64,000 nt of DNA from Deferribacterales bacterium (GTDB lineage: Bacteria; Chrysiogenota; Deferribacteres; Deferribacterales; Geovibrionaceae), in NCBI GenBank assembly GCA_050251945.1, contig JBFWLW010000001.1, forward strand, positions 64,001-128,000. The letters are read 5' to 3'. The notes below the pieces were generated by a model, which saw only the letters and a list, made by a program, of their open reading frames with translations, ran no database searches and was not told the DNA's origin. Of the stretch, positions 60,230 to 64,000 are shown piece after piece (position 1 is the stretch's first letter; every line of letters starts with the position of its first letter). The translations under genes were made by a program, and so were the position numbers.

Positions 60230-62290
60230 ATGGACATTCAGAAAATACGGAACATCGCTTTTATTTCTCACGGAGGTGCGGGCAAGACTAGCTTGGTGGA
60301 AGCCATCCTTTTCAATGCCAAGGCAACGAACAGGATAGGAAGTGTTGAAAACGGCACCAGCGTTATGGACTTCGACCCCGTAGAGATAGAAAGACATCTT
60401 TCCCTTCATGCAAAGGTCTGCTCAATCGAGTGGCTTGAAACCCTTATCAACATCGTGGATACACCCGGATATGCAAACTTTCTGCACGAAACAAGAGCAG
60501 GTTTGTCCGCTGTGGGCGGCGCGGTTGTTATTGCATCCGCTATCACAGGTGTTAAGGCTGAAACAAAGAGAGTATGGAAATATTCGGAAGAATTTGACCT
60601 CGCAAAGCTCATTTTCGTCAATAAGATGGATAAAGAGCGGGCTGATTTTTTCCGTGCGCTCGGCGATATTGAAAAATCGTTTGAGATCGACCCTTTGCCT
60701 CTGTTTCTTCCGATAGGCAAAGAAGCTGATTTCAAAGGCATAATAGATCTTGTTAAGATGAAGGCTTACATCTATCCGGCAGAACCCACCGCTGCGTATC
60801 AGGTTGAGGATATTCCTGCCGACCTTTTGCCCGAAGCTGAAAAATACAGGATCAAGCTTCTGGAAGCGGTGAGTGAAACCGACGATGAACTGATTGAAAA
60901 ATATCTGGAAGAGGGCGACCTCTCGGAAGAGGAGATAACCGCGGGCTTGCGCGAAGGTACCATCGCTAAACGCTTTATCCCCGTTATCTGCGGTTCCGCA
61001 GTGAAAAACATCGGTAGCAAGCTTTTGCTTGAAGCTATAATCAAATACCTGCCGTCACCGGTTGAACGCGAACACAGAATCGCCACTCTGGAAGAGACAG
61101 GCGAAGAGATATTCGTCGATCCCATGAGCAAAGAATTCTCCGCATACGTCTTTAAGACTTTTATCGACCCGTTTGCGGGAAAACTCACCATCTTCCGTGT
61201 ATGCTCCGGTGAGATAGCGAACGACAGCGAGGTTTATAACACCAACAACGGCAAAAAAGAGAAGATAACTCAGCTCTATCTGCTTCAGGGCAAGAACCAT
61301 GTCAAGGTGGACAAACTCACAGCCGGGCAGATAGGCATGGTGAACAAGCTGAGATATACGGAAACGTTCGATACTCTTTGCGACCCGAAACGTAAGATAC
61401 TTTTTCCGAAATATCAGCTTGCGGAACCTGTTCTGGCATATTCCATCAAACCGAAATCAAAAGACGACGAGGATAAGGTGTCCACAGGCGTTCACAGGCT
61501 GATGGAAGAGGACGTGGGGCTTCGCGTTGACAGGGACGAGCGCACGGGCGACCTGTTGGTCAGAGGAATGGGGCAGATGCACATTGAGGTTGTGGTTGAA
61601 AAGCTTAAGAACAAGTTCGGCGTGAGCGTTGAGCTTAAAGCGCCGAAAGTGCCTTATATGGAGACCATACGCAAACCTGCCAAAGGGCAGGGCAAATATA
61701 AGAAACAATCCGGCGGACGCGGACAGTATGGCGATGTTTTCATCGAACTGCACCCCAACAGCGGAAATGGATTTGAATTTGTTAATAATATAGTGGGCGG
61801 TGCCATACCTAGACAATATATCCCAGCCGTTGAAAAAGGTATCATCGAGGCGTCGGAAGAGGGCGTTCTCGGCGGCTTTCCGATGATAGATTTTAAGGCG
61901 GTGCTTTACGACGGTTCCTACCACACGGTGGATTCTTCGGAGATGGCATTTGCAATAGCAGGCTCGCTGGCATTTAAAAAGGTTGCAATGGATGCCAAAC
62001 CTGTGTTACTTGAACCTATTATGAATCTGGACGTTTTCGTTCCGGACGACATGACCGGAGCTGTGATCGGCGATCTGAACTCGCGGCGCGGACGGATTGT
62101 CAACGTTGAGCCGGAAACGAACGGTCAGCATATACGATCTCAGGTTCCTATGTCTGAGGTATTGAAATATGCGCCGGATTTGCGTAGTATGACAGGCGGA
62201 CATGGTATGTTCACAATGGAGTTCTCTCATTATGAGGAACTGCCTTCGCATCTGGTGGACAAAGTTGTCGCAGAAAATAAAGGGGTTTGA
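60230..62290 (+). CDS. fusA: elongation factor G-like protein (EF-G2)
   Basis: SHGGAGKTSL, DTPG, NKMD, GMGQMH, KKQSGGRGQYG, HTVDSSEMAF; divergent G2 (ERHLSL); outside the str operon. Confidence 0.9.
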   Translation: MDIQKIRNIAFISHGGAGKTSLVEAILFNAKATNRIGSVENGTSVMDFDPVEIERHLSLHAKVCSIEWLETLINIVDTPGYANFLHETRAGLSAVGGAVVIASAITGVKAETKRVWKYSEEFDLAKLIFVNKMDKERADFFRALGDIEKSFEIDPLPLFLPIGKEADFKGIIDLVKMKAYIYPAEPTAAYQVEDIPADLLPEAEKYRIKLLEAVSETDDELIEKYLEEGDLSEEEITAGLREGTIAKRFIPVICGSAVKNIGSKLLLEAIIKYLPSPVEREHRIATLEETGEEIFVDPMSKEFSAYVFKTFIDPFAGKLTIFRVCSGEIANDSEVYNTNNGKKEKITQLYLLQGKNHVKVDKLTAGQIGMVNKLRYTETFDTLCDPKRKILFPKYQLAEPVLAYSIKPKSKDDEDKVSTGVHRLMEEDVGLRVDRDERTGDLLVRGMGQMHIEVVVEKLKNKFGVSVELKAPKVPYMETIRKPAKGQGKYKKQSGGRGQYGDVFIELHPNSGNGFEFVNNIVGGAIPRQYIPAVEKGIIEASEEGVLGGFPMIDFKAVLYDGSYHTVDSSEMAFAIAGSLAFKKVAMDAKPVLLEPIMNLDVFVPDDMTGAVIGDLNSRRGRIVNVEPETNGQHIRSQVPMSEVLKYAPDLRSMTGGHGMFTMEFSHYEELPSHLVDKVVAENKGV

Positions 62291-62299
62291 TCCATTTAG

Positions 62300-63217
62300 A
62301 TGAATGAAATAAATCTGCTGAAATATCACAACAGGAGCGCCAGAGAGATTCATATGCTTCTGGCGGGAGAGCTGACTGACGCATTTTTCAGCCGTGTGGT
62401 ATTCAGCGGAAAGGTTAAGGCAGCGGACAGACGTCAGGGTCTGTCCCTGCCGTTTATAATTCTTGCCGCTTTCATCTGTTCCCTTTCACCATCATTCGTC
62501 ATTTATACCAAATACATAAAACAACAGGAAATAACCGTTCCCGCCATTGATAAAAGCCTGAAAAATATTATGCCGAAAGCGGAAGCTCCTAAAAAAACCG
62601 AAAAACCCGACCCTATGGTTCTTGAAGGCTACTCTAAGATAGGTGTTCTGGAAGAGGGTAAACAGGAAGGGCAGCAGGGCGTTCTCATAGTTTCCGATTA
62701 CGTTCCTCCAAAAGAAGAGGAAGAGGACAAACCGGAAGAGAAGATTTCACCCATAACAAGTATGGGCGAACCGCCTAAACGGATACCGACCAGAAAAGTT
62801 GATCTTCTGCCCATTTATTCAGGTAATTTTAAAATAGTTTTTACAGGTATTGACGGATCTGCCACAAGGGATGTCAAATTGCTCGCTGAAAATAATGACC
62901 TTAAAATGGCAAGGATAGGTTCCGAACGGCGAGAGAATAAAAAATGGCATGTTTACAAATTCGATAGCCGCTCATCTCTCGTTATTTCCGGAAGAAAAGT
63001 AAAATATTTAAAAAGCTATGACGACAGCGGTTCCGCTATGGTTTTTCTGCAGGCGAATAATATAAAAGGTTTAATAGTACCAGAAACTTCTAAGACCGAT
63101 CTATACGACATCGAACTCTGCTGCACTAGTCAGGAACTGGCTCTGAAACTGGCAAATGCAAGCGGTATCGGATCTACAAAATATAAAATCTTAAACGAAA
63201 ACGATAAAAACCGTTGA
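62300..63217 (+). CDS. hypothetical single-TM protein
   Basis: 305-aa ORF filling the gap; one hydrophobic segment. Confidence 0.65.
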   Translation: MNEINLLKYHNRSAREIHMLLAGELTDAFFSRVVFSGKVKAADRRQGLSLPFIILAAFICSLSPSFVIYTKYIKQQEITVPAIDKSLKNIMPKAEAPKKTEKPDPMVLEGYSKIGVLEEGKQEGQQGVLIVSDYVPPKEEEEDKPEEKISPITSMGEPPKRIPTRKVDLLPIYSGNFKIVFTGIDGSATRDVKLLAENNDLKMARIGSERRENKKWHVYKFDSRSSLVISGRKVKYLKSYDDSGSAMVFLQANNIKGLIVPETSKTDLYDIELCCTSQELALKLANASGIGSTKYKILNENDKNR

Positions 63218-63264
63218 CGACAGGAATTTAAGCAGATAAACTCAATAGTAACGTGGAGGTTTAT

Positions 63265-63540
63265 ATGACTAAAGCTGATATTGTTGAGTTGATTCACGAA
63301 CGTCTCGGACTTACTAAGAAAGATATCGCAAAAGTTGTCGATGAACTTTTTACTGAAGTCCGCACAAAGATCCTTGAGAAAACAAATGTTAAGATCTCCG
63401 GTTTTGGCAATTTTGAAGTCAAAAAAAGAGGTCGCAGAATCGGTCGTAACCCCAAGACTGGAATCGAAACTGTTATCGAACCCAGAACTGTTGTTGTCTT
63501 TCGTCCCAGCCAGATATTTAAAGACGAGGTAAATGACTAA
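63265..63540 (+). CDS. ihfA: integration host factor alpha subunit
   Basis: MTKADIV, VKISGFGNF, GRNPKTG, R.VVVFRPS; followed by a MerR gene as is usual. Confidence 0.9.
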   Translation: MTKADIVELIHERLGLTKKDIAKVVDELFTEVRTKILEKTNVKISGFGNFEVKKRGRRIGRNPKTGIETVIEPRTVVVFRPSQIFKDEVND

Positions 63541-63847
63541 GCTCTATTACAAAATAGGCGAAGTCTGCGAAATTACCGGTCTCAGACCATCTGTTTTACG
63601 TTTTTGGGAAAAAGAGTTTAAACAGCTTCGACCTTCAAAATCAGGCGGCGGTCAGCGGTTTTACACCGAAAAGCACATTGAGCTTGTGCGCATGCTCATG
63701 AAGATGCTGTATGACGAAAAATACACCATCGAAGGCGCAAAGAATAAGCTCAAAAGCCTAAGCGGTGAAGGTGAACCTTGCGAAAAGACCGGGAATGAAG
63801 CTGTTAAAGCTGAACTCATTGATATACTTAAACTTTTAAACTCCTGA
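63533..63847 (+). CDS. MerR-family regulator
   Basis: YYKIGEV..LRFWEKEF..L.P.K..GQRFY, YTIEGA. Confidence 0.9.
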   Translation: MTKLYYKIGEVCEITGLRPSVLRFWEKEFKQLRPSKSGGGQRFYTEKHIELVRMLMKMLYDEKYTIEGAKNKLKSLSGEGEPCEKTGNEAVKAELIDILKLLNS

Positions 63848-63866
63848 CAAGTTCAGGAGTTTTTTG
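63839..63866 (+). terminator. intrinsic terminator
   Basis: aactcctga-caagt-tcaggagtt followed by a T run. Confidence 0.7.
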
Positions 63867-63880
63867 TTTCAGATTTACCA

Positions 63881-63971
63881 CGGGATTCCCCCATCCATGC
63901 GGGAAATCCCGCTAACGCTCAGTTCGTCAAGCCTCTCTTTGCTCACGCGAGCGGGTTTCATCCTGAAACCT
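63881..63971 (+). repeat. family B two-hairpin element, copy 4
   Basis: cgggattcccc-CATCCATG-cgggaaatccc GCTAACGCTC ... GCTCACGC gagc gggttt-CATCCTG-aaacc. Confidence 0.8.
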
Positions 63972-64000
63972 CAGGCGGACAAGGTTGCGTTTTCGTTTTT

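Noticed and set aside
60230..62290. EF-G-like gene as a TetM/TetO ribosomal protection protein
   Set aside because: Keeps EF-G domain IV/V motifs (KKQSGGRGQYG, HTVDSSEMAF) and fits the common EF-G2 paralog

Overview
Core bacterial chromosome, mostly mid-GC. The gene mix (HspR/HAIR heat-shock operon, sigma54 glnB-glnA, split glutamate synthase, PFOR, ttuBA-trmI, EF-G2) suggests an anaerobic Gram-negative organism, possibly Deferribacterota; that is inference only. The window holds about 50 CDSs and one tRNA-Arg(CCG). I found no CRISPR array, intact transposase or intact prophage. The strongest unexplained signal is a nested set of intergenic non-coding elements. (A) REP-like units whose closing stem covaries, at 7 sites. 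(B) A two-hairpin element with fixed CATCC(A)TG-type loops but unrelated stems, in 4 copies, all co-oriented with the upstream gene. (C) A MITE with IS1182-like ends that carries an A doublet and duplicates the hairpin it lands in, in 3 copies. (D) A further hairpin module inserted into A and B. Other leads: a ModE-like box in front of an uncharacterised membrane-protein/P-loop NTPase fusion while the mod operon lacks modC; a tRNA whose first 18 nt and promoter lie inside the prmA-like CDS; an orphan lysozyme plus 59-aa gene between two MITEs; a divergent pair of paralogous pilin-like genes coupled to a minimal flagellin-like gene; and an Mce/Mla system with an apparently dead ATPase. Product calls come from motif recognition by eye; no database searches were run.
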